Source of the DNA: a virus
Strand: one strand, 5' to 3'
DNA: 64,000 bases
Virus record (IMG/VR): IMGVR_UViG_3300045988_132745
Location: 42,131-106,130 of that record
Positions within the stretch are counted from its first letter, which is position 1; every line of letters begins with the position of its first letter. Shown one piece after another: positions 53,862 through 61,636 of the stretch. The translations under genes and the position numbers were made by a program. The notes beneath the pieces are model-generated. The model worked only from the letters and a program-made list of their open reading frames with translations, was not told the DNA's origin and made no database searches.

Positions 53862-56012
53862 ATGAAAGCAACATTTAATGAAATCATCGAGAACTTAGTA
53901 AAAGTATTAACCGACAAGGCCGAGAGCGCACAGTATTACAGCGATAACGAGCAATATATTTGCCTGTGCGGATGGTGTGGCATCATGTCGCCCGTATCTC
54001 GCCCGGCATACGTTAAGACATTCGGCAAGGACACAACCGAGCAAGCCGAGGCAAAGGCCCGCGAGATCATCGCAGAGAAGGAGGCAGCACGCCAGCGCAC
54101 CAAGTACGCAGAGCATGCACGCGAAGCCGACCGCCTCGAAGGAGTGCCAGCCGTTGGCGGCTTTTTCTGGGCAGATAATAGCGGGCTAAAGTGTGACGGA
54201 GGCCGCGGCCTATTCGAGGAGCTGCACGCCCTCAACTACTACACCGACGCACAGAACACCCCCGCCCGCTTGTGCTGCGTTGAGCAAATTATAAAAGTAT
54301 CTGATGACGATTTTGCACGCCCTGGACTCGCCGACGAGCTTGTAACACGTTACAACCTTCAGGGCTTCGCCCGTTCTGAGGACGTGGACGACAACGATAA
54401 TACATACAACAACGACCCCGAGAAATTGGCCACTTTCTACACCGTCGGTACCCTCGTTGTGTCGCCTTCCGGTAAATACTATCTTATAGACTCCGAGGGC
54501 TACAACTACGCCCGTTATATTTATGTGCCTATAGAGTGGCCCGTAATGCTCGCCGACGAGGTGGCAGCCGTCAAGGCAAAGGAGGAAGCGCGCAAGGCAG
54601 AGGAGGAGCGACAGGCCGCCGAAGAGAAGGCGCAGCGCCTCGCCGATTATCGCGCACGTTGTGCGAAGTGGTCGCCCCTCATGCGTAACGTTGAGAAGAT
54701 GGAGCAGGAAGGCAAAGCGACCGCCCGAAAGATTGACAACGCGCGAAAAGCAAATATTTTGGCAATGTGCGCCGCCGCCTTCCCTGGTGTCAAGTTCTCC
54801 GTATCTGTGCGCCGTGGCTGGGGTGCCGATTTTGAATTAACTTGGACCGACGGCCCGACGGTTGAAGAGTTCAACGAAAAAATCGATCTTTCGCTGTTCT
54901 GCCGTTGCCGTGATACCTTCGACGGCTGGGACGACTCGACGGGCGTAGATTACGCCGAGTTTGCCGACTTCGCACGCCTGACAATGGGAAGCAACGGCGG
55001 CGACATCAAGGCAACCCGCGAGATGTCAGACGAGGCACGCGCCGAACTGTTAGCCGACATATTCGCGGTAGTGCCAGCCGCTGACGTTACGGACAAATAC
55101 GGATATTATAGCAACTACACCTATACAGCACAGGAGGCCGAAGCCGTGGCCGCAGCCTTAGGCGTGGACGTGTTCGACGTGTTCGCCTTCGGTTATTCCG
55201 ATAACGCCGTAGCCCTCGCCCGCCGTGCCTGGGATAAGCACAGCTACACCAAGACCACAACGCCAGAGCCTACCGACCCGACACCGGGCAAGCACACCGA
55301 GGAGCGCACCGAGAACACCGAAGCCGCACCCGCTCAGGATGCAGCACAGACCGACGACGCACCCGCCGAGGGTTTGCAGCTCGTAGAGACTGCCGAGGGT
55401 GTGGCAGTGATAGGCGACAGCCGCACGACGTACCGCAACCGCAAAGCCATTAAGGCACACGGGGCGACATGGAACAAGGAGGCGAAGCAGTGGCAAGCAA
55501 GCGAGCCGGAAGCCGTGGCACGTCTTCGCGAGTGGTTCGGGGTATCTGGTACCCCGACCGCTGAAGAAGGCGACACAGCGCACGAGAGCGAGCCACAGAG
55601 CGACGACACCGACCGCAACGAGCCAACCGAGCACACACACACCACCGAGAGCACGCCGACCGCTTCTACCGCTCCGGCATCCTTATTATACGAGGCCGAC
55701 GAAATCACGGCAACCGCACCGACCGACACCGCTGAAGACTTTGCGGACGTGCTGGCAGCCGACCGCCTGGAGCTGCTGCGCGGTGCTGCCGCTGACTTCG
55801 ACCGACTGACGCAAGCCGGGGAGCATGTAGCCGCAGTAAATGCGCGATTGTCCGCCCTCTTTGCGTGTGGCGTGGACGTTGCCGACCTCGTGCAGTGTGC
55901 CGACTATAAGGCAGACCAACGCGCCCGACAGCGTGCCGCGGCCGTGCTCACGGCTGACGAGTTCCGCACGCTGTACGGCTGTAGCAAGGAGCAGCACGAG
56001 CCTGCGGCATAG
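53862..56012 (+). CDS. large polyvalent-type protein (LPD29-like domain, acidic Thr/Glu/Asp-rich linker)
   Basis: ...AAFPGVKFSVSVRRGWGADFELTWTDGPTVEEFNEKI...FDGWDD resembles LPD domains of polyvalent proteins; also IGDSRTTYRNRKAIKAHGATWNKEAKQW module. Confidence 0.45.
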   Translation: MKATFNEIIENLVKVLTDKAESAQYYSDNEQYICLCGWCGIMSPVSRPAYVKTFGKDTTEQAEAKAREIIAEKEAARQRTKYAEHAREADRLEGVPAVGGFFWADNSGLKCDGGRGLFEELHALNYYTDAQNTPARLCCVEQIIKVSDDDFARPGLADELVTRYNLQGFARSEDVDDNDNTYNNDPEKLATFYTVGTLVVSPSGKYYLIDSEGYNYARYIYVPIEWPVMLADEVAAVKAKEEARKAEEERQAAEEKAQRLADYRARCAKWSPLMRNVEKMEQEGKATARKIDNARKANILAMCAAAFPGVKFSVSVRRGWGADFELTWTDGPTVEEFNEKIDLSLFCRCRDTFDGWDDSTGVDYAEFADFARLTMGSNGGDIKATREMSDEARAELLADIFAVVPAADVTDKYGYYSNYTYTAQEAEAVAAALGVDVFDVFAFGYSDNAVALARRAWDKHSYTKTTTPEPTDPTPGKHTEERTENTEAAPAQDAAQTDDAPAEGLQLVETAEGVAVIGDSRTTYRNRKAIKAHGATWNKEAKQWQASEPEAVARLREWFGVSGTPTAEEGDTAHESEPQSDDTDRNEPTEHTHTTESTPTASTAPASLLYEADEITATAPTDTAEDFADVLAADRLELLRGAAADFDRLTQAGEHVAAVNARLSALFACGVDVADLVQCADYKADQRARQRAAAVLTADEFRTLYGCSKEQHEPAA

Positions 56013-56025
56013 ATACCTATATTAT

Positions 56026-56060
56026 AGCGTGTGCGAAATATTGAGGACTTCGCACACGCT
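56026..56060 (+). other. perfect 10-bp hairpin displaying the AAATATTGAGGACTT leader motif in its loop
   Basis: agcgtgtgcg / cgcacacgct with a 15-nt loop. Confidence 0.6.
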
Positions 56061-56108
56061 CAGGAAACAAGCATCTATTTTATAGAACCTACAAAATATT
56101 AGAAAATC

Positions 56109-56378
56109 ATGGCAAATCACAATCCAGTTATAACAAACACCCTCCCTACATGGGTATTTATTCAGTCCACAGCATCGGGCAACTATCGCCACGAAATTCA
56201 GCGCGTGCCTTCTGGCTTCATGGTGTTCGTCAACGTGAGCGACGAGAACGGCGGTGGCTGCTCCTTTCCTCAGAAGTTCGCCACCTATCAGGCAGCTTTT
56301 GAAACGCTTGTACATTTCCGCCCTGGTGCGAAGCTCACGGAACGTATCAACGGCGCAGGCGAGCTTGCAAACTATTAA
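56109..56378 (+). CDS. hypothetical protein
   Basis: 89-aa ORF. Confidence 0.5.
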   Translation: MANHNPVITNTLPTWVFIQSTASGNYRHEIQRVPSGFMVFVNVSDENGGGCSFPQKFATYQAAFETLVHFRPGAKLTERINGAGELANY

Positions 56379-56418
56379 CAAACCCTATATTATAGAATAC
56401 ATAAAATATTGAGGACTT

Positions 56419-56703
56419 ATGAAACGAGTATATATATTAAACACTTGCGACGAAAGGAAATCGTGGAGTTCATTCCATCTTTACGGCATCTGGGCATCTT
56501 CCAAGGCCGGAACTCGTCGCCTTGTTAATGCTATTATTGCAGGCATTGAAAAATACTATTTTTCGTATGAAGACAAGTATATGGATATAGCGCAACAAAT
56601 AGAAAGTTTGCGTGAAGATGCAAAAACAGATTGCAACACCTTTTATTCTCTTTTGCAGAGCAAATTGATTTATGGCTCAATCGATTTGGTGGAGATTCGG
56701 TAA
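56419..56703 (+). CDS. hypothetical protein
   Basis: 94-aa ORF preceded by the ...aaaatattgaggactt leader. Confidence 0.5.
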   Translation: MKRVYILNTCDERKSWSSFHLYGIWASSKAGTRRLVNAIIAGIEKYYFSYEDKYMDIAQQIESLREDAKTDCNTFYSLLQSKLIYGSIDLVEIR

Positions 56704-56740
56704 TAACGAAGGAAATAACATTTTAATACTTTATAGAATC

Positions 56741-56788
56741 GTATTTTTTGTTTTCCGGCTGTTGGCGGTCCGTGAGGATAGCAGCAGC
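56741..56788 (+). repeat. 45-bp direct repeat copy 1, containing a conserved-apex GUGA hairpin (no T-run)
   Basis: gtattttttgttttccggctgttggcggtccgtgaggatagc is identical at 58143-58184. Confidence 0.75.
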
Positions 56789-56792
56789 GCAA

Positions 56793-56840
56793 CGCCCGCA
56801 CGATTGACACGTGGACGAGGTTCGACTCCTCGTCGGGCGA
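56793..56840 (+). other. tRNA-like minihelix (acceptor-like stem + small hairpin + T arm)
   Basis: cgcccg/cgggcg 6 bp; cacg-attgaca-cgtg; cgagg-TTCGACT-cctcg. Confidence 0.4.
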
Positions 56841-56874
56841 CTACGTTTTATAAACCCTATAAAAAATTAAGGAT

Positions 56875-57159
56875 ATGAAAGTAACAGCAACAACAACACC
56901 GGCCGCGCCCCAGGTGAGCGCGTCGGACGTGGCAAAATCTCTCGGCAGATGCGCAGCCCTCTGCCTTGTGTACGTCTTGCAGACCATCGCCAAGGCGTTA
57001 GACCTTGCACAGCGTGCAGCCCTGGGCGTGTGCCAGTGGCTCAACACTCGCCACAACTTCACCGACGAGGAAGACCCCGTAATAATGACGGGCTGGCAGT
57101 ACCTCGGCTTCGGCGTGGTGGTAATGTTCGTGGCAATGGTAGTGTGCATTAAGTGGTAA
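56875..57159 (+). CDS. small membrane protein
   Basis: 94 aa with two hydrophobic spans. Confidence 0.5.
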   Translation: MKVTATTTPAAPQVSASDVAKSLGRCAALCLVYVLQTIAKALDLAQRAALGVCQWLNTRHNFTDEEDPVIMTGWQYLGFGVVVMFVAMVVCIKW

Positions 57160-57217
57160 GCGCCTCTTTATAGCGTGTGTAAAATATTGAGGATTTCATT
57201 TTTTTAATCAAAACAAT

Positions 57218-57847
57218 ATGATTCTACAATTAACAAAACAAAGTACCGCCCAAGAGATAAAGGCGTACTTTGAAGAAGTATTAAAATTGACGAAAGACAG
57301 CAAGGAATTTCCGGTTAATCTCGATGACGTGTGGCCGTTAGTGTATTCGGCCAAAGAAAAAGCGGTAAGAGCTTTAAAAACTAACGATTTGTTTCTGCAA
57401 AACGTTGATTATCAAGTTTTAGCCCAAAATGGCGAAAACTCCGAGGTTTTAGCCCAAAACGGGGGAAAAGTCAGAAACGGTCGCCCGACAGAGATTTACA
57501 TGCTCTCCGTTCCTTGCCTCGAGTTCTTCATCGCCCGTAAGGTTCGCCCAGTGTTCGAGGTCTACCGCCAGGTGTTCCACAAGGTGGCAAGTGGTGAGAT
57601 CGTTCATCCGGTACCTGTATACTCTAAGCCTTGCGACCTGGAAACTACCCTCTTGCCGTTGAGAGACTACACAGACGAGATTTATCAGCGTTGGAAGAGA
57701 CTCTTCGACCTCTCGAATGGGAGCGACCGAGTGAAAAAAGAATATGATAACTGGATAACTACATACACAAATCTCTGTTACTATACCTCGCAGATGGTAT
57801 ATCTGGAGACGATGGCAAAGCTGGAGGGTAATCATTTTATAAAATAG
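57218..57847 (+). CDS. AntA/AntB-type phage antirepressor-like protein
   Basis: FPVNLDDVWPLVYS...DYQVL...GGKVRNGRPTEIYMLSVPCLEFFIARKVRPVFEVYRQVFHK follows the AntA N-terminal pattern; internal duplication VLAQNGENSE/VLAQNGGKV. Confidence 0.55.
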   Translation: MILQLTKQSTAQEIKAYFEEVLKLTKDSKEFPVNLDDVWPLVYSAKEKAVRALKTNDLFLQNVDYQVLAQNGENSEVLAQNGGKVRNGRPTEIYMLSVPCLEFFIARKVRPVFEVYRQVFHKVASGEIVHPVPVYSKPCDLETTLLPLRDYTDEIYQRWKRLFDLSNGSDRVKKEYDNWITTYTNLCYYTSQMVYLETMAKLEGNHFIK

Positions 57848-57881
57848 AGGAGTATTTACGAACAAATAAGAATAAACAACA

Positions 57882-58061
57882 ATGGAAAAGACAGTTATAA
57901 CAATAGATATGGACAAGGCAAGCCTCCGTGAGGCAATGACACGCATCATCGAGTACATCACCCTTACACCTCCCGATCCCGACGAGTTCGGCAGCAAGGA
58001 ACGCATAGAGTACAACTTAGGACTTGATGCACTGTTCTCTTGCCTCCGTCAGACATTCTAA
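57882..58061 (+). CDS. small protein (59 aa; below the ORF-track cutoff), paralog of 48832-49017
   Basis: Hand-read MEKTVITIDMDKASLREAMTRIIEYITLTPPDPDEF...LFSCLRQTF. Confidence 0.45.
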   Translation: MEKTVITIDMDKASLREAMTRIIEYITLTPPDPDEFGSKERIEYNLGLDALFSCLRQTF

Positions 58062-58073
58062 CACCCTACCCCA

Positions 58074-58123
58074 TCCCGCGCCCGGCACGGCCCTTTGCGA
58101 AGGTTCGACCCCTTCGGCGGGAT
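58074..58123 (+). other. tRNA-like minihelix 2
   Basis: tcccgc/gcggga 6 bp plus gaagg-TTCGACC-ccttc T-arm-like hairpin. Confidence 0.4.
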
Positions 58124-58142
58124 CTTGATAATCATAATCTAA

Positions 58143-58197
58143 GTATTTTTTGTTTTCCGGCTGTTGGCGGTCCGTGAGGATAGCGAGCAGCTTTTTG
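58143..58197 (+). terminator. 45-bp direct repeat copy 2 = conserved-apex GUGA terminator with T-run
   Basis: ctgttggcgg-tcc-GTGA-gga-tagcgagcag, then cttttt. Confidence 0.7.
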
Positions 58198-58272
58198 AAT
58201 TTTGAATTAGGAATGTTGAGTTTTGAATTGTGCGCCGTGGGCGCATTTTGAATTACTCAATTTTGAATTATT
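58195..58272 (+). repeat. AATTCAAAA-arm element with central GC hairpin (copy 3)
   Basis: ttgaattttgaattaggaatgttgagttttgaattgt-GCGCCgtgGGCGC-attttgaattactcaattttgaattat. Confidence 0.65.
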
Positions 58273-58356
58273 CACTGAAAATGCAAAAGAAACAATAAAA
58301 TACGCATTAATGTATAATTTATGCGTCATTTATTTGGTAATTTCAAATATAATCGC

Positions 58357-58364
58357 TACCTTTG
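58357..58364 (+). promoter_or_regulatory. Bacteroidota -7 box (TAccTTTG)
   Basis: 69 nt upstream of ATG 58433. Confidence 0.5.
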
Positions 58365-58432
58365 CATCAGATAAAGAAATAAACATTATTAATCATTAGA
58401 TCGGGCGGCAACCGTTAAGCGGCAGAATTATT

Positions 58433-59839
58433 ATGAAGACTTATAACAAAGCACAGTTCATCGAGAAGTTTGGCGACAAGAAGAATTCTATCGCATTCGT
58501 AAAGCCTTTTGGCGTAAACACTGTTTTAAACATTACAGACGTTGAGGACATATGGCAACTTATAAAAATGCTCCCTGGCGAAGCAGTATTCGATGTTTAT
58601 TCATTCTCGGCTGGTCTCTCTAATAATAAGGTATTACAGAAGACCTTTAAGGAGGACGAGTTCGGATATTACGGTGAAAAGAGTCTTTATGATTATCGCA
58701 ATCTCGAAGACAATGGCGACGACATCTTTGTTGCGCTTATTAGTGACTACGATAGCCTTCTGAAGAGCATCGTTGCAAGCCAATATCCTTATAAGGTGAC
58801 GGCGGAAATGATACGTCGCGCTCTGGGTAAGTCATGCAGCGAGATGCTTGACCTCCGTGATAAAGCCATTGACCGTGTCATCATTCAGCGCGTAGATACT
58901 CCTTATTATAAGGGACGCGCGGATTTCGCTACACGTCAGGAGGCTAAGGCAGTTGTTGCCCAGAAAGTAAAGGAATATCAGTCGTACATACGTGGCGTTC
59001 TGAGCAGATGCAAGGATATAGACGTTAAGGGTCTATCGCTTGAAGAGGGTGTAAACGTGTGGCTCAAGTATCAGAAGCAACTGAAGAAGGAGCAGGAGAA
59101 GGAGCAGAAAGCGAGAGAGAAAGCCGAGGAGAAGGCTCGCAAGGTGTACGAGGCGGAACAGAAGCGAGTTAGTATGATGATTGACGGAAATTATAGTGTA
59201 GATGGATTTTTAGATGATCACCTGCGTACAGGCGATCATACCTATAAGCACAATGGACATATTGCCGACGAGAATAATATCATCTGCCACGAAGATAAAG
59301 ATTTTGATGGCTACTCGCGTAGCTGCTCATTCCCTATGATACGCCGTCAGTTCGTTTTGAATATTAAGCGAGGTTACAGAGTGTGTGTAGTAGGTGGCCT
59401 TATCACCTTCTATAGGGGCGAGTTCAACCGTCAAGGAATGAAGGTTGACTGGATAGAGCAGGGACGCTCTATAGCCGACATCACTAAGCATACGGGCTAC
59501 CTGGTAAGGGGTGAGCATATCGAGGCTGAGAGTCTGCGTGAGGCTGTCCGCATCAACGAGGAGCACCGAGCCATGAAGCTGGCTCGCATATTGAGCAAGC
59601 GCAAGAGAGCCGAGAGACGCGAGGAAGAGAAGAAGAACGGCAGCCTGAAGATTACCTTTGCCGACTCATTGAATGCTGGCAACTGTCGCCCTGGTACTCA
59701 GGAGTTCAAGAACAAGTACGAGGACGCCATAGGCCATAAGGCTACATCTATCTCTATAGCAGACCTCCGTAAGTATGCCAAGCAGTTCGGCGTGGAGTAT
59801 TATGCAGAGCAGGCCATCGAGTATGCACTTAATCATTAA
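58433..59839 (+). CDS. hypothetical protein with central Lys/Glu coiled coil
   Basis: 468 aa; KKEQEKEQKAREKAEEKARK; C-terminus SLNAGNCRPGTQEF. Confidence 0.6.
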   Translation: MKTYNKAQFIEKFGDKKNSIAFVKPFGVNTVLNITDVEDIWQLIKMLPGEAVFDVYSFSAGLSNNKVLQKTFKEDEFGYYGEKSLYDYRNLEDNGDDIFVALISDYDSLLKSIVASQYPYKVTAEMIRRALGKSCSEMLDLRDKAIDRVIIQRVDTPYYKGRADFATRQEAKAVVAQKVKEYQSYIRGVLSRCKDIDVKGLSLEEGVNVWLKYQKQLKKEQEKEQKAREKAEEKARKVYEAEQKRVSMMIDGNYSVDGFLDDHLRTGDHTYKHNGHIADENNIICHEDKDFDGYSRSCSFPMIRRQFVLNIKRGYRVCVVGGLITFYRGEFNRQGMKVDWIEQGRSIADITKHTGYLVRGEHIEAESLREAVRINEEHRAMKLARILSKRKRAERREEEKKNGSLKITFADSLNAGNCRPGTQEFKNKYEDAIGHKATSISIADLRKYAKQFGVEYYAEQAIEYALNH

Positions 59840-59898
59840 TCCTTGCAGCCTCCTTTATGGAGGCTTGGGTAATCACAAAAAATTTAACAAATCGAATA

Positions 59899-59926
59899 TT
59901 CAGCCCTCGACATCACGGTGAAGTCA
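59899..59926 (+). promoter_or_regulatory. conserved 5' leader hairpin, copy A
   Basis: TTCAGCCCT-cGAC-atcacggtgaa-GTCa, 7 nt before ATG 59933. Confidence 0.6.
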
Positions 59927-59932
59927 TTTAGT

Positions 59933-60499
59933 ATGAATAAATTCAATATTATTATTGATGGGTTTAATCATAACCTTAAATGTTTGTTAAGCGTAAGATT
60001 GCCCTTTGATGATCCTAAATATTCAAAGTTCGGAAAGGACTTTTTTGATGATGATTTTATAAATGATAAAGTCCTTCAATATTTCGATTATTTTAGGTTC
60101 TATTCTGATGATTTTGCTGCATGGTATAAACAAAATGAAGAAAAAACATGGTTTGACTTACGTTTAGGCGAGGATGGTAAAATTTATACGGTAGCAGGCG
60201 ATAAAGAAGGTATTAAGTTCTTAAACGAGGTAAGCTATATAGCATTAGATTATCGCGACTATGAGATAACATTTATGGGTAGCGAGAATAGTAGTTATTG
60301 GTTTGATTTTAGGATTGACCCTGATGGTGGCATTTTAAAATCTCCTAACCTTTGGAGTACTTTTAACTATTTTGACGACTTAAATTTTGATAGCGCATAT
60401 TATTCGATGAAAGAATATAGTTTCAAGGAAGCTCTTGATGATCTAATTGCTCACAGTGACGATTATCAGAATCCGGATAATGAGGAGGAGGAAGAGTAA
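59933..60499 (+). CDS. acidic protein, paralog of 63480-63944
   Basis: Start at ATG MNKFNIII rather than the GTG at 59918; shared ...VAGD..G..F.......DYE..F core; poly-E tail. Confidence 0.6.
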   Translation: MNKFNIIIDGFNHNLKCLLSVRLPFDDPKYSKFGKDFFDDDFINDKVLQYFDYFRFYSDDFAAWYKQNEEKTWFDLRLGEDGKIYTVAGDKEGIKFLNEVSYIALDYRDYEITFMGSENSSYWFDFRIDPDGGILKSPNLWSTFNYFDDLNFDSAYYSMKEYSFKEALDDLIAHSDDYQNPDNEEEEE

Positions 60500-60518
60500 C
60501 TACAATATTATAGACAAT

Positions 60519-60749
60519 ATGGAAAAAGACCAAATAATTTACGACAAGCGTAAGGCCATGGGCGAGAACATCCGCAAGTTGCGCACCGCCCAGGGCTGGG
60601 AGCAGGAGCAGCTCGCCCAGATTGCGGGCATCACCACCGCGAACGTCCGCAGTGTTGAAGCCGGCAAGTATGCCGTTAATATCGACGTGCTCAACAAGAT
60701 TGCAGGAGCATTGGGTGCGGAACTGAGAATGGTAGAAAAGGGCTTTTAA
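60519..60749 (+). CDS. XRE-family HTH regulator
   Basis: GENIRKLRTAQGWEQEQLAQIAGITTANVRSVEAGKYAVNIDVLNKIAGALG. Confidence 0.8.
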   Translation: MEKDQIIYDKRKAMGENIRKLRTAQGWEQEQLAQIAGITTANVRSVEAGKYAVNIDVLNKIAGALGAELRMVEKGF

Positions 60750-60774
60750 AGGTAAAAAAGTAAAAACTAAGATT

Positions 60775-61383
60775 ATGGCAAAAGAAAGATTTGAGTTGAC
60801 ATCGGGCAAAGACTTGATGTGGACGGTGAAAGACAATGAGAGTGGCATCACGATTGATTTTCGCGAAGGCTTGTTTAACGAGACTCAGGAGGTAAAACTA
60901 CCAGCCGACTTTGCTCCTGGCGATGTTATGAAGTTGGCACGTATCATGCGCGAGATAGGCGACTGGATGGTTGAGAACCATGTGGAGGTAGCTCTCAGCG
61001 ACTGGAAGGCTCGACGCTCGGCAATCTGGAAACTGTCTAACGAAAAATATTGGTTGGCCATGGCTGCAGCAACCAACAGCCTTATGTTGTCGGACATGGA
61101 TGCTGAACATGCAGCTTGTATGTTGTGCGCCGAGGTGTGCGACTGGGCAGATTTCGAGAAGAACGTTGATTTGACAGCAGCCGAGGAGGAGAATCTGAAG
61201 GGCGTGTTGTCGGAGTTGACAGACGCAGAAGCCTGGGAAGTGTTCAAGATCCTACACGTCTACTGGATTTATCGCACGGAAGACATAGACATGTTCCAAT
61301 GGGCGATGGATGTGACTTGGTGGCCGGCATGGTTGCCGGAGGAACTGAAGGAAACCGACGAGGATATTGAGGAAGAATCGTAA
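60775..61383 (+). CDS. acidic hypothetical protein
   Basis: 202 aa; Asp/Glu-rich C-terminus. Confidence 0.6.
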   Translation: MAKERFELTSGKDLMWTVKDNESGITIDFREGLFNETQEVKLPADFAPGDVMKLARIMREIGDWMVENHVEVALSDWKARRSAIWKLSNEKYWLAMAAATNSLMLSDMDAEHAACMLCAEVCDWADFEKNVDLTAAEEENLKGVLSELTDAEAWEVFKILHVYWIYRTEDIDMFQWAMDVTWWPAWLPEELKETDEDIEEES

Positions 61384-61387
61384 TGTC

Positions 61388-61594
61388 ATGTACGAGATAA
61401 CAGACGTAATACGCGACTATCTGTTTGTTACGCTCCGTCTGCGCGATGTGCAGACGGGTGTGACAAGAGAGTGGAAGTATTGGGATGACCTGGAAGAGTG
61501 GCTGTGCAAGGAGCACGGCGTGAAGGATCTGAAAGGTCTTGTTATAGATAAGCTGCCTGATTATGGAGATTGGGTGGAATCACAAAAAATTTAA
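61388..61594 (+). CDS. small protein MYEITDVIRDY..., duplicated at 63948
   Basis: First 53 nt are identical to 63948-64000. Confidence 0.6.
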   Translation: MYEITDVIRDYLFVTLRLRDVQTGVTREWKYWDDLEEWLCKEHGVKDLKGLVIDKLPDYGDWVESQKI

Positions 61595-61605
61595 CAAATC
61601 AAATA

Positions 61606-61632
61606 TTCAGCCCTCGACATCACGGTAAGTCA
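61606..61632 (+). promoter_or_regulatory. conserved 5' leader hairpin, copy B
   Basis: TTCAGCCCT-cGAC-atcacggtaa-GTCa, 5 nt before ATG 61637. Confidence 0.6.
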
Positions 61633-61636
61633 ATAT

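Noticed and set aside
56793-56840. A genuine D-armless tRNA-Ser(UGA), and a second tRNA at 58074-58123
   Set aside because: There is no D arm, the connector before the T arm is only 2 nt, position 37 is a pyrimidine, and the acceptor stem is 6 bp. The second element lacks any anticodon-like loop. They are kept only as tRNA-like minihelices of unknown function.
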